Assembly (NCBI GenBank): GCA_045644515.1
Contig: JAZRHA010000008.1
Span: forward strand, 305 to 64,304
DNA from: Elusimicrobiaceae bacterium
GTDB lineage: Bacteria; Elusimicrobiota; Elusimicrobia; Elusimicrobiales; Elusimicrobiaceae
Length of the DNA stretch: 64,000 nt
Reading direction: 5' to 3'
This document shows positions 26,088 through 35,889 of this stretch, piece after piece. Positions within the stretch are counted from its first letter, which is position 1, and each line of letters begins with the position of its first letter. A program made the translations under genes and the position numbers. Under the pieces are notes generated by a model. That model did not search any database. It was not told the DNA's origin and worked only from the letters and a program-made list of their open reading frames with translations.

Positions 26088-26694
26088 CAAAATACTCCCT
26101 TACAAAAAATTTAGCACCAAGCGAGCCCGCAAGTTTTTTTGCTTTTTCCGCGTCAATACCTTGATTACTGACAACAGATACCGCAACTTCCTTTATGTTT
26201 TTAGCAGCACAACGTACAAAATCTTGCATGGCAAGGAAAGATCTTTCCGCATACTTCGGTGCCGGGCGGACTATTTTAAGCCAAGTTTCATTATCGGTAG
26301 CATTTAAACTGACATTTATCTTATCAATGTACGGTGCAAGTTCTTTTGTAATATCGCGCCCCCAAACTAGTGAACCAAGCCCCAAAGTATTTAGACGTAA
26401 ATGGTAAGCATATTTTGCTTTTAAATTTTTGGCTGTTTCAAGCAAAACAGGGAGTGCCATTGTCGGCTCCCCATAGCCGCAAAAAATAATTTCTTTAGGT
26501 GTAAAACCTGCAGAAATTTGTTTATCAATTTCTGTTAAAACTTCCTCGGCAGTAGGTTCTTTACCACCTAAATCCAAATTATAACCATTAAACATTTTGC
26601 TGCCCTTAGATTTAGCGCAAAACACGCAAGCATTTGGGCAACGGTTGGTTAAATTTATATACAAAGACTCTTTAAACTGATAAACAATAGTCAT
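26080..26694 (-). CDS. Radical SAM protein (small, TatD-associated-type)
   Basis: CPNACVFC (CxxxCxxC) near the N-terminus. The track start at 26709 is TTG. The ATG at 26694 gives MTIVYQFKESLYINLTNRCPNACVFC. Confidence 0.7.
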   Translation of the reverse strand: MTIVYQFKESLYINLTNRCPNACVFCAKSKGSKMFNGYNLDLGGKEPTAEEVLTEIDKQISAGFTPKEIIFCGYGEPTMALPVLLETAKNLKAKYAYHLRLNTLGLGSLVWGRDITKELAPYIDKINVSLNATDNETWLKIVRPAPKYAERSFLAMQDFVRCAAKNIKEVAVSVVSNQGIDAEKAKKLAGSLGAKFFVREYFDA

Positions 26695-26700
26695 ACATAA

Positions 26701-26725
26701 ATTATACAATTTTAATTGGTATAAT
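26701..26725. promoter_or_regulatory. Back-to-back -10 boxes of a 37-bp divergent promoter region
   Basis: Minus strand: TATAAT (26706-26701), 6 nt, ATG 26694. Plus strand: TGgTATAAT (26717-26725), 6 nt, ATG 26732. Confidence 0.55.
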
Positions 26726-26731
26726 TAAGTT

Positions 26732-27268
26732 ATGGCAAAATTACTTTTACTTTCCTGTTGCGCCCCTTGCAGTGCAGGTGTAATTAAGAAACTTGCCTCC
26801 GAAAATAGGCAATTTACCGTTTTATTTTTTAACCCAAATATCGCGCCGCTTGAAGAATACAAACTCCGCCTAGAAGCCAATAAAAAAGTGTGCAAACATT
26901 TTGGTATAGATTTTATTGAATTACCTTATGGCCATGAGGCCTGGTATAAAACAGTTGCCGAGGGTTTTGAAAATGAACCGGAGCGCGGCGCGCGTTGCAA
27001 AAGATGCTTTTTATACCGTTTAAGACAAGCTGCAAAATATGCCAAAGAAAACGGTTTTGACGAATTTAGTTCCGTACTTGGAATTTCCCGCTACAAAGAT
27101 TTAGAAAGCGTAAACGCCGCCGCAGAAATTGCACAAAAAGAATTTAATATTCTTTATAATTTTACAAATTGGCGTAAAAATTCCGGCGAGCAGGAAGGCC
27201 TTAAAATAGCAAAAAAACTTAATTTATACTTACAAAAATACTGTGGTTGCGAATTTAGCAAAAAATAA
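26732..27268 (+). CDS. queH: Epoxyqueuosine reductase QueH (DUF208)
   Basis: N-terminal LLLSCCAPCS motif and C-terminal Cys cluster (CKRCFLYRL, YCGCEF) typical of QueH. Confidence 0.8.
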   Translation: MAKLLLLSCCAPCSAGVIKKLASENRQFTVLFFNPNIAPLEEYKLRLEANKKVCKHFGIDFIELPYGHEAWYKTVAEGFENEPERGARCKRCFLYRLRQAAKYAKENGFDEFSSVLGISRYKDLESVNAAAEIAQKEFNILYNFTNWRKNSGEQEGLKIAKKLNLYLQKYCGCEFSKK

Positions 27269-27276
27269 ACAACTAA

Positions 27277-28767
27277 TTATTCATCGTGATAGATTTCACA
27301 ATTCTGAATATTTAAATTTGCACACAAAGCATTTAAATCGTCTTCCCCTTTTGCAATAAGTAAAACTTTATCACCTTCCTGAAGTTCTGTCGTAGCACGC
27401 GCAATTATATACTTACCAGCACGTTTCAACATGATAGGCAAGGCATTATTTTCAAGCCCTAGTTGACGGATGGTATTGCCATGTTTTAATAATTCCGGCG
27501 TTACCTTAATTTCAGAAGTAATTGCAATATCTTCAGGAACATATACGGCAAAATCTTTATGCTTATAATTTTCATCTATTAAACCAAGCAGACGTGCAAA
27601 TAAAGGAACTGTCGCGCCCTGCAAAACCAACGAAATAATTGTTATAAAAAATACTATATTAAAAATTATTTTCGCAAAAGGCACACCTTCGACATAAGGA
27701 TACGTGGCAAAAATTATAGGTACAGCACCGCGCAACCCAACCCAAGAAATAAATAATTTACCGTTTTTTGTAATTTTCTTAAAGGGCAGTAAACATAAAA
27801 ACACTGTTGCTGGCCTTGCAATAAAAGTCATAAACAAAGCAATAGCAATCGCCAAAGGTGCAATGGAAATAAGTTCACGCGGATTAACTAAAAGTCCGAG
27901 TGCCAAAAACATTACAATTTGACAAAGCCAGGCAACACCATCAAAAAATACTGTTACACTCTTTTTATACGCCACTTTATTATTACCTACGACAAGCCCG
28001 GCAATATAAACTGCCAAATAGCCATTACCATGCAAAGCATCAGTAGCAGAAAATATAAATAAGGAAATTGCCAAAAGTAAAACGGAATATAATGAAGAGT
28101 AATCTAAATTTATTTTATTCATTACGACAATTGCAATCCGCCCCAAAATATAACCCAAAACTATACCTAAAAAGAATTGTATAGCCAAAGTCCAAAGCAT
28201 AACATCAAAGGTTAAATTACTAAGTTTGATAAAACTAATCAGCATAATTGTAAGCATATAAGCCATTGGATCATTACTGCCGCTTTCAAGTTCAAGTAAA
28301 GCACGAACATTACCTTGAATGTGTAAATTCCTTGCCCTTAAAATTGAAAAGACTGAAGCTGAATCTGTTGATGACATTACCGCCGCAAGTAACAAACATC
28401 CCATTAAACCAAGTTCTAATTTCAGAGATGGAAAAATATAAGCAAATACTCCTGTAAATAAAGCAGTTAAAACAACACCAACAGTAGATAAAATTATGCC
28501 TTCTTTCGCAATGGGCTTTATATCACTTCCACGTGTATCCATACCACCTGAAAATAAGATAATACTTAAAGCCACCATACCAATAAATTGTGTTACTTTA
28601 TAATTGGAAAATTGTATACCAAGGCCATCACTGCCAAAAAGCATCCCGACCAGTAAAAATAAAAGTAAAGCCGGTACCCCAAAACGATATCCTGTTTTCC
28701 CAGCTAAGATGCTGACAAACAATAAGATAGATCCAATCAACAAAAAATTTCCTGCACTAAGTACCAT
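27277..28767 (-). CDS. K+/H+ (cation:proton) antiporter, NhaP2/CvrA type with C-terminal TrkA-C domain
   Basis: About 12 TM helices. CPA1-type motifs (ELESGSNDP). C-terminal soluble RCK_C-like domain (LQEGDKVLLIAKGEDD). Confidence 0.75.
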   Translation of the reverse strand: MVLSAGNFLLIGSILLFVSILAGKTGYRFGVPALLLFLLVGMLFGSDGLGIQFSNYKVTQFIGMVALSIILFSGGMDTRGSDIKPIAKEGIILSTVGVVLTALFTGVFAYIFPSLKLELGLMGCLLLAAVMSSTDSASVFSILRARNLHIQGNVRALLELESGSNDPMAYMLTIMLISFIKLSNLTFDVMLWTLAIQFFLGIVLGYILGRIAIVVMNKINLDYSSLYSVLLLAISLFIFSATDALHGNGYLAVYIAGLVVGNNKVAYKKSVTVFFDGVAWLCQIVMFLALGLLVNPRELISIAPLAIAIALFMTFIARPATVFLCLLPFKKITKNGKLFISWVGLRGAVPIIFATYPYVEGVPFAKIIFNIVFFITIISLVLQGATVPLFARLLGLIDENYKHKDFAVYVPEDIAITSEIKVTPELLKHGNTIRQLGLENNALPIMLKRAGKYIIARATTELQEGDKVLLIAKGEDDLNALCANLNIQNCEIYHDE

Positions 28768-28776
28768 TAAAACCTC

Positions 28777-29496
28777 TTACATTTTAAAATTTTCACCTAA
28801 ATATAATTTACGGGCCTTTTCATCATTCAATAGTTTATCAGGGCTGCCTTCAACTAAGATTTTGCCGTCATAAATTAAATAGGCGCGTTCGGTTAAGGGT
28901 AAAGTTTCGCGGACATTGTGATCCGTAATCAAAATACCAAGGCCGCGGCTTTTGAGTTTAAAAATCATTTCCCTAAGTTCTGCCACTGTTATGGGATCAA
29001 TGCCGACAAAAGGCTCATCAAGTAAAATTATTTTTGGGTTGCTTATCATACAACGGGCAATTTCCATACGGCGTTTTTCGCCGCCGGATAATGTCCATGC
29101 TTTTTGTTTGGCAAGCTTTGTAAGGCCAAATTCCGTTAAGAGTTGATCCACCCTATCAGCACGTTTTTTGGCATCGGCTTCAAGACGTTCCAAAATGGCA
29201 AGCAAATTTTCCTCGACAGTTAAACCGCGGAAAATTGTTGGCTCTTGTGCGAGATAGCCAAGCCCACAGCGTGCACGTTCATACATAGGTAAAGCAGTTA
29301 CATCTTTACCGTCAATAAAAACTTTGCCGGAAGTAGCAGCAATAAAACCTACTATCATATAAAATGAAGTTGTTTTACCTGCACCGTTTGGGCCAAGCAA
29401 ACCCACAATTTCCCCGGAATTTATCTTTAAAGATACACCTTTAACTACAAGTCTTTCTTTATATGCTTTTTTTAAATCTACGCCTTTAAGTTCCAT
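28777..29496 (-). CDS. lptB: LPS export ABC transporter ATPase LptB
   Basis: Walker A GPNGAGKTT, signature LSGGEKRR, Walker B ILLDEP. Sits downstream of lptC-lptA. Confidence 0.9.
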   Translation of the reverse strand: MELKGVDLKKAYKERLVVKGVSLKINSGEIVGLLGPNGAGKTTSFYMIVGFIAATSGKVFIDGKDVTALPMYERARCGLGYLAQEPTIFRGLTVEENLLAILERLEADAKKRADRVDQLLTEFGLTKLAKQKAWTLSGGEKRRMEIARCMISNPKIILLDEPFVGIDPITVAELREMIFKLKSRGLGILITDHNVRETLPLTERAYLIYDGKILVEGSPDKLLNDEKARKLYLGENFKM

Positions 29497-29498
29497 AA

Positions 29499-30209
29499 TT
29501 ATTTCCTTGAACGTTTAAAATTTCCCTGTGTTATTAAATCTTTTTCCAAAGTCAGCCAACCTTGAGGTTTACCTGTTGCATTAAATTTACCTGTTTTGGT
29601 ATTTACAACCATTTTATCTGCTTCTAAAGCATAACTACCGTCTTTATTTTTACCAAGTACTATAGGCCTAACTGACAATGCCTCAAAAATTCCGCTGTTT
29701 CTATCAAATGTAATTTCTTCAGCTTTTAAAGTATTTTCTTTATCGCTTAACTGCACTTTGCCGCTTGCTTTAAAGAAATTTGCTTTGTTTGAAAATTCTA
29801 TTTTATTTGCAAGCAAAGTATAAACATTTTCAGGTGTAGTGTAAACTATTTTAACTTGCGATTTTTTTGCACTAGTTGCAAAACCTATATCTTTTTTTTG
29901 ATTATAAAAAACACGCCCTGCATTTAAAGTTATTGTTGTATTATCTTCACTGCGCGATAAAAAGACATTACCGGAAAGTTCATAAGTCTTATCTTTTCTT
30001 TTTGATAATACTTTATCAGCCGCAATTTTATACATTTCGTTTTCATAGTGGACATTACCGATAAACTCCTCTTCAAAAGCATCTTTTCTTATAATCCACT
30101 TATCACTTTTTACCATACCGCCAAGCAACATAGACAAATCTTCTTCCGTCTGGCTATAAATTAACGGGGTGAGTAAAATAAAGATAAAAAGTAAAAATAA
30201 TTTCCTCAT
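29499..30209 (-). CDS. lptA: LptA/OstA-like periplasmic LPS transport protein
   Basis: Signal peptide, repetitive beta-jellyroll-like sequence, position between lptC and lptB. Confidence 0.65.
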   Translation of the reverse strand: MRKLFLLFIFILLTPLIYSQTEEDLSMLLGGMVKSDKWIIRKDAFEEEFIGNVHYENEMYKIAADKVLSKRKDKTYELSGNVFLSRSEDNTTITLNAGRVFYNQKKDIGFATSAKKSQVKIVYTTPENVYTLLANKIEFSNKANFFKASGKVQLSDKENTLKAEEITFDRNSGIFEALSVRPIVLGKNKDGSYALEADKMVVNTKTGKFNATGKPQGWLTLEKDLITQGNFKRSRK

Positions 30210-30724
30210 TTTAATGCTTTTAATCCCTTTAAATCAGGAGGTAAATCTGTAACCTGCTTAAAAATTTCAATATTTGAAAACCCTTTATCTGCTTTAAGTG
30301 CCTTACCTTTAATGGTGATACCGCCGCGTTTTAATACGAAGGGAACATCAGTCCATGCTACTTTAGTTTGTGTGTTGTAATAGAGTTTGGAAGTTGTCAG
30401 TTCTAAATCTTCTTCTTTAGAAATAACTACTACAGATTTGGTAAAAGTTATTATACCGTCTTTAAAAGTTCCTTTATCGGCAGTTAAAACAGCATCACCT
30501 TCTTTTTGATTAAATGTAATTTTAGGATTATCCATTAAAACATCCTGATTATCATAAAAATCTGCAGATGTCGCTTTTAACTGCCAGGAGCTTTCGCCGG
30601 CGGCAGTTTCCCTCATAATAACCCCTTCCGCTCTTTGTGCAGGTATATCAGCACCGTCGCCTGAAGTATTTTTCTGGCAAGCGCTAAGTAAAATTAAAGA
30701 GGTTAAAATTAAAAGCTTTTTCAT
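30206..30724 (-). CDS. lptC: LptC-like LPS export protein (lipoprotein signal LLSAC)
   Basis: MKKLLILTSLILLSAC lipobox. Size and position upstream of lptA. The track start at 30745 is TTG; the ATG at 30724 follows the kdsD stop. Confidence 0.6.
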   Translation of the reverse strand: MKKLLILTSLILLSACQKNTSGDGADIPAQRAEGVIMRETAAGESSWQLKATSADFYDNQDVLMDNPKITFNQKEGDAVLTADKGTFKDGIITFTKSVVVISKEEDLELTTSKLYYNTQTKVAWTDVPFVLKRGGITIKGKALKADKGFSNIEIFKQVTDLPPDLKGLKALK

Positions 30725-30725
30725 T

Positions 30726-31718
30726 TTATTTTTTTGCAAGAGCAATAAATTCTATTAAATTATCCTTATCCAAAAAACCGATAACTTTATTTTTTTTGTC
30801 TACCACAGGTGCATTATCAAATTTGCGCGCATTGATTATTTTTGCCGCTTCAATAGCAGGCATATCTTGGGGGAAAGCAAAAGGGTTTTTTGTCATAACA
30901 TCTGTAATTTTTAAATCTAAAACATCTTGCTTTTTTTGAAGCAAGCGTCTTAAATCACCATCGGTAAAAAAACCTTTTAACAAACCTTTTTTATCAACAA
31001 TAGCTGCGGCACCTGTTTTATTTTTTGTCATAACAAACAAAGCATCTTGTACTGTAGCACCTTCTAAAACAACAGGGTTTTTGCCTTTAAACATAATGTC
31101 CTTAACAAAGTAAGTTAGAAGTTTACCGAGTGTTCCGCCCGGATGGAAAAAAGCAAAATCTTCTTTATGAAAATTTTTTATTTTCATTAAACAAATTGCC
31201 AAAGCATCACCGAGTGCGAGCATTGCTGTAGTGGAAGATGTAGGCGCTAAATTATAAGGGCAAGCCTCACGTTTAATTTTAACTTCAAGGCAAATATCGG
31301 CCATTTTACCGAGTGTAGAATTTTTATGCCCGGTTAAAGCGATAATTTTAATTTTTTCTTTTTTAAGCGGGGTTAAAATTTTACTAAGTTCTTCAGTTTC
31401 GCCGGAAAATGATAAAGCCAAAACTATATCTTTACCTGTTATCATACCAAGATCACCATGCAAGGCTTCTGTGGGATGCACAAAAAATGAAGGTGTTCCG
31501 GTTGATGCTAAAGTAGCTGAAATTTTGCGGCCTATATGCCCGCTTTTTCCGATACCGACAACCACAAGCCGCCCGCCCGATTTACTTACAAGCGTAACCG
31601 CTTTAACAAAATTTTGGCCTAAAATTTTGGAAGTATCTTTAAGGGCAGTTTCTTCTGAAATAAAAACTTCTTTTGCAATTTTTAAAATATCTGCGCTTTG
31701 CAGGTTTATTTTAGCCAT
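30726..31718 (-). CDS. kdsD: Arabinose-5-phosphate isomerase KdsD/KpsF (SIS + 2 CBS domains)
   Basis: SIS motifs (GRLVVVGIGKSGHIGRKISATLASTGTPSFFVHP) and a C-terminal CBS pair. Confidence 0.9.
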   Translation of the reverse strand: MAKINLQSADILKIAKEVFISEETALKDTSKILGQNFVKAVTLVSKSGGRLVVVGIGKSGHIGRKISATLASTGTPSFFVHPTEALHGDLGMITGKDIVLALSFSGETEELSKILTPLKKEKIKIIALTGHKNSTLGKMADICLEVKIKREACPYNLAPTSSTTAMLALGDALAICLMKIKNFHKEDFAFFHPGGTLGKLLTYFVKDIMFKGKNPVVLEGATVQDALFVMTKNKTGAAAIVDKKGLLKGFFTDGDLRRLLQKKQDVLDLKITDVMTKNPFAFPQDMPAIEAAKIINARKFDNAPVVDKKNKVIGFLDKDNLIEFIALAKK

Positions 31719-31876
31719 GGGGTAACCTCCGCTGAAATTGTTCTTTTGTGATAAGGTTTAGGTAATTTGTCTGTTACTCTACTTACGGCAAAAAACAATG
31801 CAAGCAAAACAGCATAAATAATAAGAACTGCCTTTAAAGTTTTAGATAAAGTTTCCTTTAATTCATCTTTTGGCAT
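31706..31876 (-). CDS. Candidate 56-aa single-TM small protein bridging kdsA and kdsD (speculative)
   Basis: Hand translated: MPKDELKETLSKTLKAVLIIYAVLLALFFAVSRVTDKLPKPYHKRTISAEVTPWLK. It fills an otherwise 139-nt gap in a tight operon and overlaps both neighbours out of frame. Confidence 0.25.
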   Translation of the reverse strand: MPKDELKETLSKTLKAVLIIYAVLLALFFAVSRVTDKLPKPYHKRTISAEVTPWLK

Positions 31877-32700
31877 TTTGTAACCTCATCAATCGCAATC
31901 ATTTGCTTTATAACTTCTTTTAATTCTGTTAAATTTAAAGTATTAGCTTTATCGGAAAGTGCTTTTTCCGGGTGCGGATGTGCTTCAAAAAACACGCCGG
32001 CAATACCGGCTCCAGCCGCGGCACGTGCCAAAGTTAAAGCGACGGTTTTGTCCCCTCCTGTTGAACCCACACCTGCAGGCTTTTGCATGGAATGAGTTAA
32101 ATCAAAAATAACAGGGTAACCGCTGCGGCGCATAATTTCAAAACTGCGCATATCAACCACCAAATCACCGTAACCGAAACTTGCCCCGCGCTCCGTAAGC
32201 AAAATATTTTTATTGCCTGTACTTTCAATTTTTTTGATTATTTCACTAACACCTTGCGGTGCTAAAAATTGGCCTTTTTTGACGTTTATAACTTTCCCTG
32301 TTTTTGCGGCTGCCAAAACCAAATCTGTTTGACGGCAAAGAAAAGCCGGGATTTGCAAAATATCTGAAACTTTGGCAACCTCTTTTGCTTGATAAGGCTC
32401 ATGAATATCAGTTAAAATAGGCACATTATATTTTTGTTTAACTTCAGCGAGCAAAGCAAGCCCTTTATCTAGCCCGACACCGCGGTAAGCATTAATTGAA
32501 CTTCTGTTTGCTTTATCAAAAGATGCTTTAAAAATGAAAGGAACTTTTGCCTTTTTCATTAAAGTACAAATTTGTTTTGCGGTATCTAAAAACACTTTTT
32601 CGCCTTCAATAACACAAGGCCCACCGATAAAAACTAAAGGTAAAGTGTTTGAAAATTTTATTTTGCCGACTGTTACTGTTTTTTGTTTTATATTTTTCAT
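31858..32700 (-). CDS. kdsA: 3-deoxy-8-phosphooctulonate (KDO-8-P) synthase KdsA
   Basis: Conserved KdsA blocks (FKASFDKANRSS, LQIPAFLCRQTDL, ERG..FGY..LVVD). Confidence 0.9.
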   Translation of the reverse strand: MKNIKQKTVTVGKIKFSNTLPLVFIGGPCVIEGEKVFLDTAKQICTLMKKAKVPFIFKASFDKANRSSINAYRGVGLDKGLALLAEVKQKYNVPILTDIHEPYQAKEVAKVSDILQIPAFLCRQTDLVLAAAKTGKVINVKKGQFLAPQGVSEIIKKIESTGNKNILLTERGASFGYGDLVVDMRSFEIMRRSGYPVIFDLTHSMQKPAGVGSTGGDKTVALTLARAAAGAGIAGVFFEAHPHPEKALSDKANTLNLTELKEVIKQMIAIDEVTKCQKMN

Positions 32701-32702
32701 AA

Positions 32703-33344
32703 TTAACGGTCCAAACTTATAATTTCCTTGAAGGTTAATAATTTTTTGAAAATCGTTTTAAAAGTTTTTTCGGACATATCCGTTACAAGTTTTATAACAA
32801 GTTTACCCTCAACTTTATAAAAATGACTTTTAATTACGGTTACGCCTTCGCTTTTAAGGACATCTTCAATTTTCGTAACGATTTGGATATCAGGTTCGCA
32901 TTTAATTGTGATATATTCAAAAGTTTTTACCGACTCAAAAGTATTTAAAATTTTACTACGGAAAACTTGCAAAATTAAAGCTAGAACAACGGCAAAACCT
33001 GCAATAGCAAACTCTCCGTAACCTGTTGCCATACCGATAGCGGCAACAACCCAAATACCTGCTGCAGTTGTTAAACCGGAAATTTTATTGCCTTCCCTGA
33101 TAATTGAACCTGCACCCAAAAAACCTACGCCGGTTACGATTTGGGCTGCAATTCTTGCCGGGTCCCCACCGTAATATTGTGCAGACATTAAGGAAATTAA
33201 AGCAAATATAGTTGAGCCCATACAAATCAAAGTGTTTGTGGAAAACCCGGCCGGCTTTTCATGATACTGCCTTTCAAAACCGACGATAGCACCTAAAAAG
33301 AAAGATACTGTTAAACGAATTAATGCACCTGTTAAAGTTATCAT
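32703..33344 (-). CDS. mgtC: MgtC/SapB family membrane protein
   Basis: MgtC N-terminal membrane domain (GAIVGFERQYHEKPAGFSTNTLICMGS...GVGFLGAGSIIREG) and C-terminal ACT-like domain. Confidence 0.8.
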   Translation of the reverse strand: MITLTGALIRLTVSFFLGAIVGFERQYHEKPAGFSTNTLICMGSTIFALISLMSAQYYGGDPARIAAQIVTGVGFLGAGSIIREGNKISGLTTAAGIWVVAAIGMATGYGEFAIAGFAVVLALILQVFRSKILNTFESVKTFEYITIKCEPDIQIVTKIEDVLKSEGVTVIKSHFYKVEGKLVIKLVTDMSEKTFKTIFKKLLTFKEIISLDR

Positions 33345-33345
33345 T

Positions 33346-34389
33346 TTATTTCACCTTCGGCAAAAGTTCAAGCAATATAAAATAAACCAACATGCAAGCA
33401 ACACCTATCGGTAAAGCTTGTTTTGCCCACTCCTTACTTTTAATTTTAAATTTTGAAGCACAAATAATGTTGGGGATATTCCCCGGTATTAAGAAACCGC
33501 CTGAAATTATTAAACCCATAAGCAAAAATTCAATTTGGGTATTGCTCATTGTCGGTACAATTTCAGCGGCGGCAAGCGTTGCATTATCCAAGATTGCGGA
33601 AATTGAGTTTGCCCAGTATAAAGCCGCCAAAGGCAGTTTCATAATACTGATTTCAGCCAAAGGCGTAAGCCCGTGGCCGAAGAAAACCAAAGCCATAATA
33701 AACAAATATACTTTTGCGGCGCGGATTAAAATATCTTTTGAACTATCAATTTCAACATGTTGTTGGCTTTTAATCTGCTCATCTTTTGTGCGCCCTGCCA
33801 TATAAGCAAAAAATGCAACACCGGGAATAATCAAATACCAAAGCAAATGAAGCAAATAAAAGAAACCTGCATTGTGCGGTTCGCCGGAAAGTTTACTGAC
33901 AACTATTGTGGAAAGCGGTTCACCGATAGGCGTTAAAATTGCCCCAAGGCCTATCGCAAAACAGCCCATAACTATAACGTGTATCGTATCGCGCCTTGTT
34001 AAACGCAAAGTAGCGGCAATTTCGCAAAGTATTAAAGCGGCGACTATGGCTGTTATTACGCTTGAAAAAAGCCCCAAAACACCGACGAGTAAAATAATAG
34101 TTTTTTTAAGCCCGATTTTAAGTTCAATATGTTCAATAAGATGTGCTATATTTAATCTAAATCTTCTAAAGAGCAAGCCGATAATTAAAACCGCTAAAGA
34201 GATTTTTATAGGTTCTACAAGTGCCATACCCACCAACGGCCAGGACCAAGCCCCTATAGCAGTAACAGCAATAATACCCAGGACAAATAAAAAAGATTCC
34301 AATTGCTGTTCTACGGCGTGGACCGTAAAAGGCAAAAAGAGCGCCAGCAAAATTACTAAGGTTAAAATTATTATTACGAGCGTACTCAT
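33346..34389 (-). CDS. Polytopic membrane protein, putative cation transporter (DUF1646-like)
   Basis: About 10 TM helices, 347 aa, translationally coupled to mgtC. The family assignment is from memory only. Confidence 0.4.
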   Translation of the reverse strand: MSTLVIIILTLVILLALFLPFTVHAVEQQLESFLFVLGIIAVTAIGAWSWPLVGMALVEPIKISLAVLIIGLLFRRFRLNIAHLIEHIELKIGLKKTIILLVGVLGLFSSVITAIVAALILCEIAATLRLTRRDTIHVIVMGCFAIGLGAILTPIGEPLSTIVVSKLSGEPHNAGFFYLLHLLWYLIIPGVAFFAYMAGRTKDEQIKSQQHVEIDSSKDILIRAAKVYLFIMALVFFGHGLTPLAEISIMKLPLAALYWANSISAILDNATLAAAEIVPTMSNTQIEFLLMGLIISGGFLIPGNIPNIICASKFKIKSKEWAKQALPIGVACMLVYFILLELLPKVK

Positions 34390-34427
34390 AAAACTCCCCT
34401 TTTTATATTATACTAAAAAACTACTAT

Positions 34428-34622
34428 CATGACGAACTATATTAATTAGTGTGCATGTTCTTGCAAATTTAAGTGCTTTTTAATTTTTCAACTCCTAGAG
34501 TACCGAGATGTCGCTTCGCTCCACGTTCTTCTTGGTACTCGTCGTCGTAGTAAAAATCAAAAATCATCTTAAATTTGCTGCGTCGCACAAAATGCACTCG
34601 TACGCTTTGGTTCTAAACTCTA
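34428..34622 (-). repeat. Long-palindrome element, copy A (minus orientation; palindrome 34463-34578)
   Basis: Its reverse complement aligns along its length with copy C (39961-40160). Arms are gcaaatttaag/cttaaatttgc. Core is gagtacc-N27-ggtactc. Confidence 0.85.
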
Positions 34623-34683
34623 GAGTTTTTATGAACTTTCCTGAAAAATAAAAGTAGAAATAAAAGCCTTATTATAAAAATTT

Positions 34684-34712
34684 AACCCCCGTTCAATTTT
34701 TAAACGGGGGTT
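34684..34712 (-). terminator. Intrinsic terminator hairpin downstream of the 34734-35678 gene
   Basis: 10-bp stem aacccccgtt/aaacgggggtt with a 9-nt loop, flanked by T/A runs on both strands. Confidence 0.6.
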
Positions 34713-34733
34713 TTGTGTTCTTAAAATACTCTT

Positions 34734-35678
34734 TTATTTTGCTTCCGTTCTTAAACGTTCGGCAAAATTGTGAATATAATCTGCCCTTTCTTCGGTAGTT
34801 AAATTTTGCCAATATCTTGTTTGGGTATAAAGGCGTGCCGACATATTTTCAACATTTGGGTTTTTGGAAGTATAGTATTCAATATCCACAGCATCATATA
34901 AGATTTGCGCGCAATCTTTGCTCTTGTGATAAAATAATTCAAAATCGCTCACACCTTTTTTATCAAAAGAAATAAGTGTTTGGAAAGGACTGTCAAGAAA
35001 CTTATTTTTTGTTTCATAAGGTGTTAAATTGGGACTAAAATAAGGTACGGAAGGGTTTGTAAATAATAAAAATGCTAGCAAGACTGCTACCCCAACCCCT
35101 AAACTTGCATATAAAACGCCCTTTCCAGTATATCCAGAAAGTAATAGGCAAAACATTGTCATGCTCCCTATAAACATGGAACCCACAGCAGAACCCGCAT
35201 AATAACCAAATTTCTCGTCTTTATATGTGTTTTCCGCGTTTATGCCCTCTTGTATTTGATCAAATAAAACCGTATAAAAAGCATCGCGCAACATTTCTTC
35301 TTTGGTTTTATTACCATAATATTCAGGATCTTCGTTTATTCTCTTTACTGCTTCTTCTTTTAAGAAATTTACATAATCTTCACGTTCTTTTAGAAAGGTT
35401 TCATTTTTTTCAAATTCTTCCAAATTCTTTTGATTATTTTCAACGGAAAGTTGATAGCGTTTCTTTATAACCTCAATATCCGGTATACCTTCATAAAGAG
35501 GTTTTTTAGGCTTGATAATTTCTGACATTGAAATAGATGCGGCAATTTCTTTTTTAAGTTCATTTAATTGTGCTACATCTAAATCAGCAACAACATCTGC
35601 TGCCTGCAAAACAGGGGTAGTAGTAAATAGTATAATTACTGCCATTGTTAAACTGATTATTTTGTTTAGTATTTTCAT
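34734..35678 (-). CDS. Hypothetical secreted/membrane protein (signal peptide, coiled-coil-like region, 2 TM helices)
   Basis: 314-aa ORF with SD AAGGAGA. I recognise no family. Flanked by repeat elements on both sides. Confidence 0.6.
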   Translation of the reverse strand: MKILNKIISLTMAVIILFTTTPVLQAADVVADLDVAQLNELKKEIAASISMSEIIKPKKPLYEGIPDIEVIKKRYQLSVENNQKNLEEFEKNETFLKEREDYVNFLKEEAVKRINEDPEYYGNKTKEEMLRDAFYTVLFDQIQEGINAENTYKDEKFGYYAGSAVGSMFIGSMTMFCLLLSGYTGKGVLYASLGVGVAVLLAFLLFTNPSVPYFSPNLTPYETKNKFLDSPFQTLISFDKKGVSDFELFYHKSKDCAQILYDAVDIEYYTSKNPNVENMSARLYTQTRYWQNLTTEERADYIHNFAERLRTEAK

Positions 35679-35782
35679 AAATTCTCCTTGCGATATTTTA
35701 TATTATATATATTTTTAAAAAACAACAAAAGGGCCATTAGGCCTATTAAAAAGTACCCCAAAAACCTATTTAAAGGCCAAAC

Positions 35783-35868
35783 CATGTACCCAAACCCGGC
35801 AAGTATTTTTGAGGAAATTTTAGTTTTATAACCCCACCCCTTTACCCCTCAAACAAAGGGGCGGGGAA
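35783..35868. repeat. Arm module (35783-35826) plus truncated REP-like unit (35830-35868)
   Basis: ggccaaaccatgtacccaaacccggcaagtatttttgaggaaatttt recurs at 36673-36722 and 41878-41930. It is followed by aaccccacccctttacccctcaaacaaaggggcggggaa. Confidence 0.8.
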
Positions 35869-35889
35869 TATAAGGAAATAATTTTAAAG

